Shown here in pieces: positions 22,553-30,863 of a stretch of 37,199 nucleotides of DNA (positions are counted from its first letter, which is position 1; every line of letters starts with the position of its first letter). Under the pieces are notes generated by a model that searched no databases, was not told the origin of the DNA, and saw nothing but the letters and a program-made list of their open reading frames with translations. A program made the position numbers and the translations under genes. Location of the stretch: the IMG/VR virus record IMGVR_UViG_3300045589_000097, positions 1-37,199 of that record; one strand, given 5' to 3'. This stretch comes from a virus.

Positions 22553-25423
22553 CTACCCTCCAATCGGTCGAAAGTAGCTGCTAACGGCTGCGTCATTAGC
22601 GTCCACTTCCTTTACCATGCTATTAATACCGTTCTTATCAACGTTGTTTTGAACGTAAACGTTAGGCGTGATTCGTTCACTTGCATCAATTGACTGCGTG
22701 ACATCCCCAGAACTGAATTGCGTGCCAGCCATGGACAAGTTACTGATATTGGCTGACATGTTGGCAGAAATATCGCTTGCCATGCCAGAAACCGTCTTCT
22801 GAACATCTCCGAATGACTTTTGCAGTCCTTGATTCAACCCGGCCATAATCGCATTACCAGCAGGAATTAACAACTTTGCGTCGTAGCTAATTGGACCTTT
22901 GTGCTTCTTGATCCACGAAGCAATTCCACCAACAAAACTGGTGATCGCATTCCACTTGCTTTTGAGGCCGCCTAAGAAGCTATCCATGATTGCTTGTCCG
23001 GCCGCACTTAAGCTTATTTTTGCAAGAGAATACATGGTGTTCCGGATTGACGAAGTTGTGCTGCTAGCTTTTCCTGACATCTGCCCAAAGCTCCCGCCTA
23101 AGCTGCTTGCTAAGCTCGATCCCGATTTTTTGCCAGAAGATGACATCTTTTCTAATGCGCTCCCAACAACATTAGACAAGCTATTTGCTGATCCCTTGCC
23201 ATTTGATGACATTCCTGACATTGAACCGGTAACGTTTTTGGCAAGACTGCTGATTGATCCAGAACCGTTTGTCCCCAATAGGGACAATGAGTTCCCTGAA
23301 GTTTGTGCAAAATCATTTGTCGTGTTTTTGCCAGCTGTTGAGGCGCCATTAAGATTGGCAATCGCGTTGATTAAGTTTGCAATGCCGTTTGTTGCAAGGG
23401 CAACTCCTACGCCAATAAGCAAGATGGCAGCACCAAAAGCGAGAATACCAACAGCTCCAGCTGTTAGAAGAGGGCCAAGCAGTGCAAATACAAGAGCAAG
23501 CGCACCAACAGAAACCGCCATTGTAATCATTAACTGATTAGAATTACCTCCAGAAGCTTGAAAGTTAGCAAAAGCATTCACTAACAGCGCTAATCCAGCA
23601 GATACTAACAATATGCTTGCACCAAAAGCAATCATACCGATGGCGCCCGCATTTAATGCAGGACCAACCAATGCGAACACGACAGCAAGTCCTCCTATGG
23701 ACAATGCAATAGCTGCCATCAGTTCAGCGGCGTTACCGCCTGCAGACTGAAATTTGGCAAATGAATTTACCAAAATAGCCATACCTGCTGCCACGAGTAC
23801 CATTGCTGCGCCAAACGCGATTAATCCTATAGCATTCTTTTGAAATGTAGGAGCTACGAGCTTAGCCACAATCATCAACGCTGCAATTGATACCGTCATT
23901 GCAGCCAAAGCAACAAGACCGTCAGTGCCCGTTTTTGCTAACTGGGCAACCGCAAGAGCCAGTAAAGCAAATCCGGCTGCTGCTAATCCAATTCCAAGCC
24001 CAGCACCAGCAGCTTTTACGCCCATTGCAGCAATCTGACCAGCAGATGCACCCATTGGCTTTGCTGTATCTCCAGCGGCTTTTCCTAATCCTTTGATCAG
24101 CTTAACTGGTGCACTAATAGTTTTAACAAGTTTTCCAATCGCCATTGATAATAGGCCAAAAGCCACTAATACAATCGCAATTACTGGTGACCATGCAATT
24201 AATCCTTTGACAAAAGAAGCCATTGGACTTTTGGACTTGTTAAGCCACGTTGCAAAATCACCTAACGCGTTAGCCACTGCTTTAATTTGTGGCGCAATTG
24301 TGCCAATGCTAGTCTTGATAACAGAATCGAATGCGTCTTCCATCTGAGCAATTGACTGACCAACGTTCTTTGTCATGTTGTTTGCGTTGTCAGATAGATA
24401 TTTGTTTGCTGATTTGGCTGTCTTACTTACTTTTCCTAGAGAATCAGAATAGGCATCCCAACCAGACTTGCCACTCTTGGTCTTCTTCTCCGTCTGAATA
24501 AGTAGTGGAAGCATAGCTTTGGCACCAGCAGCACCGTATAAGTTAGTCAATGCCGCAACCTTTTGAGACTTAGACATGCCATCAGTCGCTTTTGCAACCT
24601 CTTTAAGAATTTGTGGGAATGGCTTGAATTTTCCTTGAGCATCTGTATAAGTAATACCCAATTCTTTCATTTCGCCAGCAGCCACCTTTGACGGGCGTGC
24701 CATCAGAGTTAAAGCGTGAGCCAAGTCTTGAGAACCTTGCGCAGCACCAAGACCAGCATTACTCATCAGCCCAATGGCAGTTGATGTGTCTTTGATACCA
24801 ATTCCCAATGTGGCAGCAGTAGAGCCAACGTTAGCAAATGCTTGTCCCATGTCTTCGACTTCAGCATTGGACATATTGGCATTCAAGGCCAGAATTGCAG
24901 AATCTTTAGCAGCGTTTTTAGCCCCACCGCCCCAGATATTCATGGCTTGCTGAACGGTGGTAGCAGTGCCAGCTAGATCTGCACCAGCAACAGCAGAAGC
25001 CTTAGCAATAGCTGGGAACTCTGTTTTCAAGTCCTTGATTGAAGCACCGTTACGAGCCATTTCAATCATAGCGTTACCGGCATCTTCAGCACTGATAGGC
25101 AGTGTTTTACCCAACGATAGTGCTTCTGTTTCGAGATCCTTCATGTCACCCTTCAGTGACTTATTACTAGAACCAGCAATAACAGCCGCCTTGTTGATTG
25201 ATTCCTGGAATGTCCCGTAACTCTTGATAGCACCAGCGGCCATAGCACCAACAGCAAGGCCAGCAACTGTGCTCGCTTTACCGATGTTGGTCATAGCCCC
25301 ACCGACGCGTTGACCTGCATTTGAAGCAGCATCAGTACCAGCCTTAACAGATGCTGAAAGTTTACCCATTGCCGCTTGGAACGGTGCGATGTTTGCTGTG
25401 AATGTTGCGACGACGTTTGCCAT
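22553..25423 (-). CDS. Tape measure protein (956 aa)
   Basis: Longest gene, A/G-rich with hydrophobic repeats, following the G/GT chaperones. Confidence 0.9.
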   Translation of the reverse strand: MANVVATFTANIAPFQAAMGKLSASVKAGTDAASNAGQRVGGAMTNIGKASTVAGLAVGAMAAGAIKSYGTFQESINKAAVIAGSSNKSLKGDMKDLETEALSLGKTLPISAEDAGNAMIEMARNGASIKDLKTEFPAIAKASAVAGADLAGTATTVQQAMNIWGGGAKNAAKDSAILALNANMSNAEVEDMGQAFANVGSTAATLGIGIKDTSTAIGLMSNAGLGAAQGSQDLAHALTLMARPSKVAAGEMKELGITYTDAQGKFKPFPQILKEVAKATDGMSKSQKVAALTNLYGAAGAKAMLPLLIQTEKKTKSGKSGWDAYSDSLGKVSKTAKSANKYLSDNANNMTKNVGQSIAQMEDAFDSVIKTSIGTIAPQIKAVANALGDFATWLNKSKSPMASFVKGLIAWSPVIAIVLVAFGLLSMAIGKLVKTISAPVKLIKGLGKAAGDTAKPMGASAGQIAAMGVKAAGAGLGIGLAAAGFALLALAVAQLAKTGTDGLVALAAMTVSIAALMIVAKLVAPTFQKNAIGLIAFGAAMVLVAAGMAILVNSFAKFQSAGGNAAELMAAIALSIGGLAVVFALVGPALNAGAIGMIAFGASILLVSAGLALLVNAFANFQASGGNSNQLMITMAVSVGALALVFALLGPLLTAGAVGILAFGAAILLIGVGVALATNGIANLINAIANLNGASTAGKNTTNDFAQTSGNSLSLLGTNGSGSISSLAKNVTGSMSGMSSNGKGSANSLSNVVGSALEKMSSSGKKSGSSLASSLGGSFGQMSGKASSTTSSIRNTMYSLAKISLSAAGQAIMDSFLGGLKSKWNAITSFVGGIASWIKKHKGPISYDAKLLIPAGNAIMAGLNQGLQKSFGDVQKTVSGMASDISANMSANISNLSMAGTQFSSGDVTQSIDASERITPNVYVQNNVDKNGINSMVKEVDANDAAVSSYFRPIGG
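23345..23866 (-). repeat. About 189-nt (63-aa) tandem repeat, 2.7 copies, inside the tape measure gene
   Basis: LVAPTFQKNAIGLIAFGAAMVLV...FAKFQSAGGN, LVGPALNAGAIGMIAFGASILLV...FANFQASGGN, and LLGPLLTAGAVGILAFGAAILLI... Confidence 0.7.
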
Positions 25424-25878
25424 TAGCTACCACCTCCAAATGCGGCATTGAGTTTCTTAATCATTTCGACATCAGGCTTTCTTTCTCGATTGCCACTGCG
25501 TTTGAGTATCTTTTGTTCAGCTTTATCAATGTTTTTATAGCCAGTTTTAACTGACCGTTTAGGGTTCTTTGCGTTTTGAATGTTCGCAATGTTGACAGCA
25601 AGCTCCATCAGGTCGCGGCGCATGTCAACATCACGCAAAAATGACCCCTCCAGCATTGAACGAGCTTCCCACATGTATAATCTAAATGGCATATCGGGAT
25701 CGTATATCCCATGACGAGCAAAATCGGTTAAGAGAGACTCTTCTTCATTGCGTCCAGGGTATCCTTGGTCGCTGCTTCTTGAATTTTCTCTTCGGCTGTC
25801 TTGTTCTTCTTGTCCGTCAAGGCTTTCCCGTATTTTTCGGTCAAGTTCAGCCAACGTTGTGCTGCGTGTTTGAAAAAA
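25423..25878 (-). CDS. Tail assembly chaperone, -1 frameshift extension (gpT-like part of the G-T fusion)
   Basis: This frame is -1 relative to 25728-26168 and is open from just upstream of the slippery site to 25423, where its stop overlaps the tape measure start. Confidence 0.65.
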   Translation of the reverse strand, partial: FFQTRSTTLAELDRKIRESLDGQEEQDSRRENSRSSDQGYPGRNEEESLLTDFARHGIYDPDMPFRLYMWEARSMLEGSFLRDVDMRRDLMELAVNIANIQNAKNPKRSVKTGYKNIDKAEQKILKRSGNRERKPDVEMIKKLNAAFGGGS

Positions 25879-26168
25879 CCGGATTCATGAAGCTCCTGCT
25901 CAACTTCTTTGAACAGCTCTTGCGACTTGCCGTCTTCTTCGGCCTTGTCGAGCGCGTCCATGATGTCATCATCTGTGTATGACTTCGGTAACAGCACGCG
26001 TAATGCTTTGAATAATGCCATATCGTCATCAGTCACGAACGCCAGCCAGATTGAGCTTGCGCCATCGTTGGCACCTTCGGCAGAACTGTATAGCTTATTT
26101 GCGCGGAACAGCGCACGGAAGTTGAACTTTGCTTCTACTGGTTGACCTTTTACTTGAATTTCTAACAT
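25728..26168 (-). CDS. Tail assembly chaperone (gpG-like), 146 aa
   Basis: Located between the major tail and tape measure genes. Acidic. Overlaps the -1 frame ORF. Confidence 0.75.
   Translation of the reverse strand: MLEIQVKGQPVEAKFNFRALFRANKLYSSAEGANDGASSIWLAFVTDDDMALFKALRVLLPKSYTDDDIMDALDKAEEDGKSQELFKEVEQELHESGFFKHAAQRWLNLTEKYGKALTDKKNKTAEEKIQEAATKDTLDAMKKSLS
25872..25878 (-). promoter_or_regulatory. Candidate -1 programmed frameshift slippery heptamer T TTT TTC
   Basis: The minus strand reads GGT TTT TTC in the G frame. The -1 frame opens two codons upstream (TGA then ATC CGG TTT TTT...). Confidence 0.55.
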
Positions 26169-26292
26169 GAATATCCTCCTAGATTGTCGTTTCAGATCGG
26201 CCGCGGCCTACTCGTCTCTGTGTGCGATTAATTAGCTGAAACGGTGATTTACCCATCGCCGGTTGGGGCTGCATCAACCCCGGATGGGGCTG

Positions 26293-26943
26293 TCATTTTG
26301 ACGTTGTGGTCGTGGTTGTACTGGTTGACGTCGTGGTCGTAGTAGCAGAACCATCTGCAAACTCGCCTTCCTTTTCACCCGGGCGTTCGAATGCATAGAG
26401 CTGATCGAGCATTGCAACTTGTTCATCAGAAAGTGGGAACGTTCCCGGTGTACCGTCTTCATTCTTGTCAGCAAGCTTGCCGATGATGTTCAAGGTGAAG
26501 TCGATTTCGGAGAAACTGTCTTCATCAGAGATGTCGGCACTATCAACAACACCATATCCAAACATCGCTGGATAAGCCTTGTGGTCGCCTTCTACCACGG
26601 CCAACCGTTCATCAACAATGACACGCCATACTTTAACCTGACGGCCATTGTGCTTGGCATCAATGATGATTTCATGTGCTTTATCACCCGGAACCATGTA
26701 CGTTGTCAGCTCAATGCTGTCTTCGTTGGTGGATGCGGCAATGATACGGCCCATCTTGGTTTGTTCATCAAGAGAATCACCTTCAATGCTTGTATCGCCA
26801 GACTCTTGGTGAGCCGGCAGGATTGCAGGACTTCCAATTGGTGCTACTTTAGGATCTGTTGATTGGATGAAGTACCAAACATCTTTACCACGATAGGGGG
26901 TATCTTTCACAAATTCGATACCGTTGTTTACTGGATCTGCCAT
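26293..26943 (-). CDS. Major tail (tube) protein with a Thr-rich C-terminal tail (216 aa)
   Basis: Position and size fit. ATG at 26943 after AAGGAG. The C-terminus is SATTTTTSTSTTTTTTSK. Confidence 0.8.
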   Translation of the reverse strand: MADPVNNGIEFVKDTPYRGKDVWYFIQSTDPKVAPIGSPAILPAHQESGDTSIEGDSLDEQTKMGRIIAASTNEDSIELTTYMVPGDKAHEIIIDAKHNGRQVKVWRVIVDERLAVVEGDHKAYPAMFGYGVVDSADISDEDSFSEIDFTLNIIGKLADKNEDGTPGTFPLSDEQVAMLDQLYAFERPGEKEGEFADGSATTTTTSTSTTTTTTSK

Positions 26944-26945
26944 AA

Positions 26946-27311
26946 TCAATAATCTCCTTCTAGAGTAATGAGAAGCATGCAGCGGCGTAATGGTGTACTC
27001 TCGCCCATGCTTGTGTCGATTGAATTAGATGCCGTTAATGACTGCCATCGTGTCACTTTACTAAGCGACCATTTCACCTTGCGAACGAAGTCCTCCCATT
27101 CAGCCGGTGGAGTGTCGATGCTGTCGTAGATGTCAATCTGCTGACCAACACTCGATAGTGTCCCCGTTTTAGATGACATGTCAGCATCAACGTGAACGTT
27201 CACAAAAACTAATGGCAATGCGCTCTTAGCGTCAGGCTGAACGAACACAGGGTTAAGACCGTCAGCAGTCAATTGCGTTTGAACATCTTCATACCATTCC
27301 GAGAGTGTCAT
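26946..27311 (-). CDS. Tail completion/terminator protein (121 aa)
   Basis: Called from gene order in the head-tail joining block only. Confidence 0.55.
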   Translation of the reverse strand: MTLSEWYEDVQTQLTADGLNPVFVQPDAKSALPLVFVNVHVDADMSSKTGTLSSVGQQIDIYDSIDTPPAEWEDFVRKVKWSLSKVTRWQSLTASNSIDTSMGESTPLRRCMLLITLEGDY

Positions 27312-27682
27312 TTGAACGTGGCTGCCTCCTTCAACTTGTCCATTGTCGTTTTAATGAACACTGACTGCCCAGCAGATACGGCCGGCCGAATGAATGGCTG
27401 GGCTGACATTTTGTACGTGCCAAACTCAACAAAAGATGAATAATCGGCCTTGGCATTGACAGTCCCGGTTACAGATGTAGTTGTCTTCTTAACTGGCTCA
27501 ACACTAATGTTGTTTGCCATGTATCCGGTTCTTTTTGGTGCCACCTGTTTTGCTGTTGCTTGCACCTGCCCGGTAGTGACCTTCATCGCGGATGAAGCAG
27601 CCTCAATAGTCGCTTCCGCTGTCGCGCCTAGTTCTTCCATCAATTTGTCGAGCCCTGACCATTTAACGTTAATCTCAGCCAT
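27308..27682 (-). CDS. HK97 gp10-family tail-component protein (124 aa)
   Basis: MAEINVKWSGLDKLMEEL... and ADYSSFVEFGT are typical of the gp10 family. Confidence 0.65.
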   Translation of the reverse strand: MAEINVKWSGLDKLMEELGATAEATIEAASSAMKVTTGQVQATAKQVAPKRTGYMANNISVEPVKKTTTSVTGTVNAKADYSSFVEFGTYKMSAQPFIRPAVSAGQSVFIKTTMDKLKEAATFK

Positions 27683-27971
27683 TAGCAGCACCTCCAGACA
27701 CGATGAATACGGTTGACTTGCGGTTTACAAATGTCTTGTTGATTGTCCATTTGATGCCGTCAAGCTCGATTTCATTCACAGCCTTTACTGGGTTCTTTAC
27801 GTGTACTTCGTAGGCCATAGTGTTCACCAGTCCATATACAGACAGCTCCTGTGCACTGGTGATTGGGATTGTCAGGCAAGTTACCGTTTCTCGTGTTTCT
27901 GTCGGCCTATCATGCAATGGATCAGCTGGCGGCGACTTACGGATTAGGGTAATTCGATTGTTGTATCTCAT
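27675..27971 (-). CDS. Head-tail adaptor / head closure protein (98 aa)
   Basis: Size and order fit. The MRYNNRITLIRKS...TVTCLTIP pattern resembles Phage_H_T_join proteins. Confidence 0.65.
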   Translation of the reverse strand: MRYNNRITLIRKSPPADPLHDRPTETRETVTCLTIPITSAQELSVYGLVNTMAYEVHVKNPVKAVNEIELDGIKWTINKTFVNRKSTVFIVSGGAANG

Positions 27972-28309
27972 ACGAACCTCATCCCCGGTCTGCGGCTTTG
28001 CGATGACTCACGGTAGACATCGAGAGCGTCAGCATACTTAGATAAATCGATGGCTTCCCATGTGTTGGATACGTTGCCTTCGGTGCCGCTTTGCTTGCCT
28101 TCATCACCAATACGGTTGTACATCTTCACCACAATGTCCTTGATTACCCATGTGACCGCATCCGGAACAGTCTGGTTAACTACACCATCTTGATTGATAT
28201 AAGCCAACACGCGCGCTGTGGCGTCCTCAATTAGCTCATTCAGCAAGTTATCTTGCATTGTATCGGTCAAACCAATACGTAGCTTTACACTGTCTAAAAT
28301 CGCCATCAT
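27968..28309 (-). CDS. gp6-like head-tail connector protein (113 aa)
   Basis: MAILDSVKLRIGLTDTMQDNLLNELIEDATARVLAYIN is the typical gp6-like N-terminus. Confidence 0.7.
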   Translation of the reverse strand: MMAILDSVKLRIGLTDTMQDNLLNELIEDATARVLAYINQDGVVNQTVPDAVTWVIKDIVVKMYNRIGDEGKQSGTEGNVSNTWEAIDLSKYADALDVYRESSQSRRPGMRFV

Positions 28310-29184
28310 TTCACCGCCTTTACTGCTTGCACGTACTTGTATGAGCACTTGGACTTGTCAACGAAACTCAAATCATCTTCAAATGGCGTGTGATTAACAT
28401 ACTGCCCTTTGAAGAACAAGCGTTTGTCATTCACAGTAACGCCTGCGTTGTGCATGATTTTAGTTTCGTTCCATCGCTTGACTGGATCAGTAGCCCAACA
28501 AAAATCGAGCTCATTACTGATGACGGGCCCGATGTTGAAGTACATCATATTCCAAAGCTGCGACCACATTTCAGCAGTCCATTTTTGGATATTACTGTCG
28601 ACTGTCTGCAAGTATTGCCACAGTCGGTTGCTGTCGGCATAAACCTTGCGCCAGTATTCTGCTGACGGGTGACTGATGATCCATTGAGCACCGCCAGAAT
28701 TATGATTGATAGTTTCAAGCGACGCCAACGTGACTCCGACAATGTCAGCCATGTGTTTCAGGATGTCTTCTCCGTGTTCACACTGCTTGATATAGTCAAC
28801 GCTGATGTAGCTCAACGTGTTACTGCACAACCATCGATCAGGCTTTGCCTTGAGTTTGCGAAAGTCTGGACGTTTTCGGAAGATGACATCGCTGTCGAAG
28901 TAGAAATAATCCTCGTTCTCACGATCGGGGTCTTCCGCAAGATATTGCCACCAAAGCCAAGGCTTCACAGACGGGATATATTGCTTGTCTGTGCGCTTGT
29001 CGGTATACGTGTGTACTTCTACTCCATATTTGCTTGCAAGCGTTTCTGTCACCTTAGAATCATGCACAGTGAAGAGCAAAATGACATCTCTCATGTCAAA
29101 CCCGACACTTTGCAGATTGGTTAGGCAGACTTCCAACTCCCACTCAAAACGCTTGATAGCGGGTTGACACAAAATAAGCTTCAT
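28306..29184 (-). CDS. Glycosyltransferase-like (GT-A fold, DxD) protein inside the head module (292 aa)
   Basis: ATG at 29184 lies 5 nt after GGAGG. Begins with the beta-strand KLILCQPA, contains YFYFDSDVIF (hydrophobic-DxD-hydrophobic), and has a Trp-rich C-terminal half. Fold assignment is inferred, not searched. Confidence 0.5.
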   Translation of the reverse strand: MKLILCQPAIKRFEWELEVCLTNLQSVGFDMRDVILLFTVHDSKVTETLASKYGVEVHTYTDKRTDKQYIPSVKPWLWWQYLAEDPDRENEDYFYFDSDVIFRKRPDFRKLKAKPDRWLCSNTLSYISVDYIKQCEHGEDILKHMADIVGVTLASLETINHNSGGAQWIISHPSAEYWRKVYADSNRLWQYLQTVDSNIQKWTAEMWSQLWNMMYFNIGPVISNELDFCWATDPVKRWNETKIMHNAGVTVNDKRLFFKGQYVNHTPFEDDLSFVDKSKCSYKYVQAVKAVK

Positions 29185-29252
29185 TCTGTCCTCCAATCAG
29201 CCGCCCGGTTTCCCGTACTGTCCCATTTCGATAGGCGACTTGCATCAATTAA

Positions 29253-30170
29253 TTAAGCTTGCGAAGTAGTCGTTGTGGTAGACGGTGCCACAGTCGAAGT
29301 TGTGGTAGTTGCTGACGTCCCAGCAGTGAAGATTGCCTGACGGTTGTCATCGCTGATCCACTGGCCTGCCTTACCAGCACCTTGCAAAGCAACACCCGCA
29401 AAGTTCTCAGATTGAATTGTCCGAACAACATTGATACCCGTGAATGCGCGACCAATGTTGTCAGGTGAGAAGATGATTGCCTTACCAGCCATGTAGCGAG
29501 TAGGCGTCTTAGTTACAATAATGTCGCGGAAACGCATGATACCATTTTCGTCGATGTTAACGGCAGAGCCTTTGAAGCTGGTTACCAGCTGATGATCGAT
29601 GATCGCGTTGTATACTTCGGCAGTAACGTATGCACGAACCGGGACAACAACTTCAAGATCCGTGTAACGTTCGGATGCCGCTTCGAACACCTTGTTGACA
29701 TCATCAACCGCACCAAGGTCAGCAGCAGCACTATCAACCAAGTAGGCGCCCAGCTTGCCGTTAAACAGACGCGTCTTAGCTTGTGCTTGCAAGTTCAGGC
29801 GGTCAGCAACTGCAGCATTCAGATCGTTGTTGACAGTGAGCTGATCGATACCTTCGTTGAAACTCCAGCCGAAGGAATACGGTACATCGATGTCGCCGTA
29901 GATGATTTCCTTCATTGGCCCGAAGCGGTTGGAGTTGCTGGTGCCACTGCCAAACGCAACGTTAGGATCAGTGTTATAGGTGCCAACAGCAACAGGCACA
30001 TCATTTGCCTTAACACTGAACGCAATCGCGTTATTTTGAATGCCATCAAGTGCTTGCAGTGCACCGAATGTCGGGGTGAACGTGCTTTGAACACCGAAGA
30101 CGGTTTGCATCAAGCCAATAAACTGTTTCTGATAAAGACGTACTGGTAAATTGTTGTTTTCTGTAGCCAT
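29253..30170 (-). CDS. Major capsid protein with a Thr-rich C-terminal tail (305 aa)
   Basis: Follows the scaffold gene. The C-terminus is TSATTTTSTVAPSTTTTTSQA. Confidence 0.8.
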   Translation of the reverse strand: MATENNNLPVRLYQKQFIGLMQTVFGVQSTFTPTFGALQALDGIQNNAIAFSVKANDVPVAVGTYNTDPNVAFGSGTSNSNRFGPMKEIIYGDIDVPYSFGWSFNEGIDQLTVNNDLNAAVADRLNLQAQAKTRLFNGKLGAYLVDSAAADLGAVDDVNKVFEAASERYTDLEVVVPVRAYVTAEVYNAIIDHQLVTSFKGSAVNIDENGIMRFRDIIVTKTPTRYMAGKAIIFSPDNIGRAFTGINVVRTIQSENFAGVALQGAGKAGQWISDDNRQAIFTAGTSATTTTSTVAPSTTTTTSQA

Positions 30171-30183
30171 GATTAGCTACCTC

Positions 30184-30723
30184 CTATTTTTTATATTGTG
30201 CCATGATTTTCTTAAATGGATCGTCGGCACCATCAAGGGCAGAAGCACCATTCTTAGGCGGATCCGTTTGCAGCTTAGATTCAACCTGCTTGTTTACCGT
30301 CTCTTGAATTGTCTTTTGAATGTTCTCAACAGCCGTCTTGATCTTGTCAGCATCGCCCAAAGCAACCAACGGGTCAGCAAAATCAGTTGGCAGTCCTTTA
30401 TCAACGAGCAATGACTTTGTGCTTGTCGATAGTTCGCGCCGATTGAGTTCAGCTTCACGCTTGTCCAAGGCCGCTTGACGTTGTTTCTCAAGTTCTTGTG
30501 CCTTCTCGTCGGCCGACATCTTAGCCAACCGTGCGCCTTCACTCTTGGCTTCCTCAAGCGCCTTAGCCTGTTCTGCTTCCCACTTAGCCCTGGCTGTTTC
30601 CAGCGCCTTAGCTGCGCGTCTATCGGCCTCGCTGTCAAGCTGAGCCTGCGTATATGTGGTTGGTGCCTGACTGGTGGTTTCAGTTGTCTCGACTTCTTCT
30701 TGAGTTTGTGTATCTTCTGCCAT
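30184..30723 (-). CDS. Scaffolding protein (179 aa)
   Basis: Acidic N-terminus and A/E/K-rich helical body. Lies upstream of the capsid gene. Confidence 0.75.
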   Translation of the reverse strand: MAEDTQTQEEVETTETTSQAPTTYTQAQLDSEADRRAAKALETARAKWEAEQAKALEEAKSEGARLAKMSADEKAQELEKQRQAALDKREAELNRRELSTSTKSLLVDKGLPTDFADPLVALGDADKIKTAVENIQKTIQETVNKQVESKLQTDPPKNGASALDGADDPFKKIMAQYKK

Positions 30724-30753
30724 GATGGTTCCTCCTGTTTAGCCCAAAACAAA

Positions 30754-30810
30754 TAGACGTGCCAAATGATCCCAGCCACGCCATAAGACCCAGCCACGAT
30801 CACACGTCTA
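30754..30810. repeat. Nested inverted and direct repeats in the MuF-scaffold intergenic gap
   Basis: TAGACGTG 30754-30761 / CACGTCTA 30803-30810. TGATC / GATCA nested inside. CCCAGCCACG x2 (30771-30780, 30789-30798). Confidence 0.4.
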
Positions 30811-30863
30811 TCACTTCACGCTATTATTTTTGAGTAGTTTAGGGACTTGCTCGGGTCACGTTG

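Noticed and set aside
22899-25220. Several plus-strand ORFs (for example 22899-23537, 23887-24347, 24957-25220) inside the tape measure gene, and similar antisense ORFs in recT (6977-7567), capsid (29592-30149), portal, terL and the GT-like gene
   Set aside because: All are antisense shadows of long, well-supported minus-strand genes. They lack RBSs and have odd composition.
30294-30803. 169-aa alternative-frame ORF overlapping the scaffold gene
   Set aside because: It is Arg-rich out-of-frame sequence with no RBS. The scaffold frame has a proper RBS and composition.
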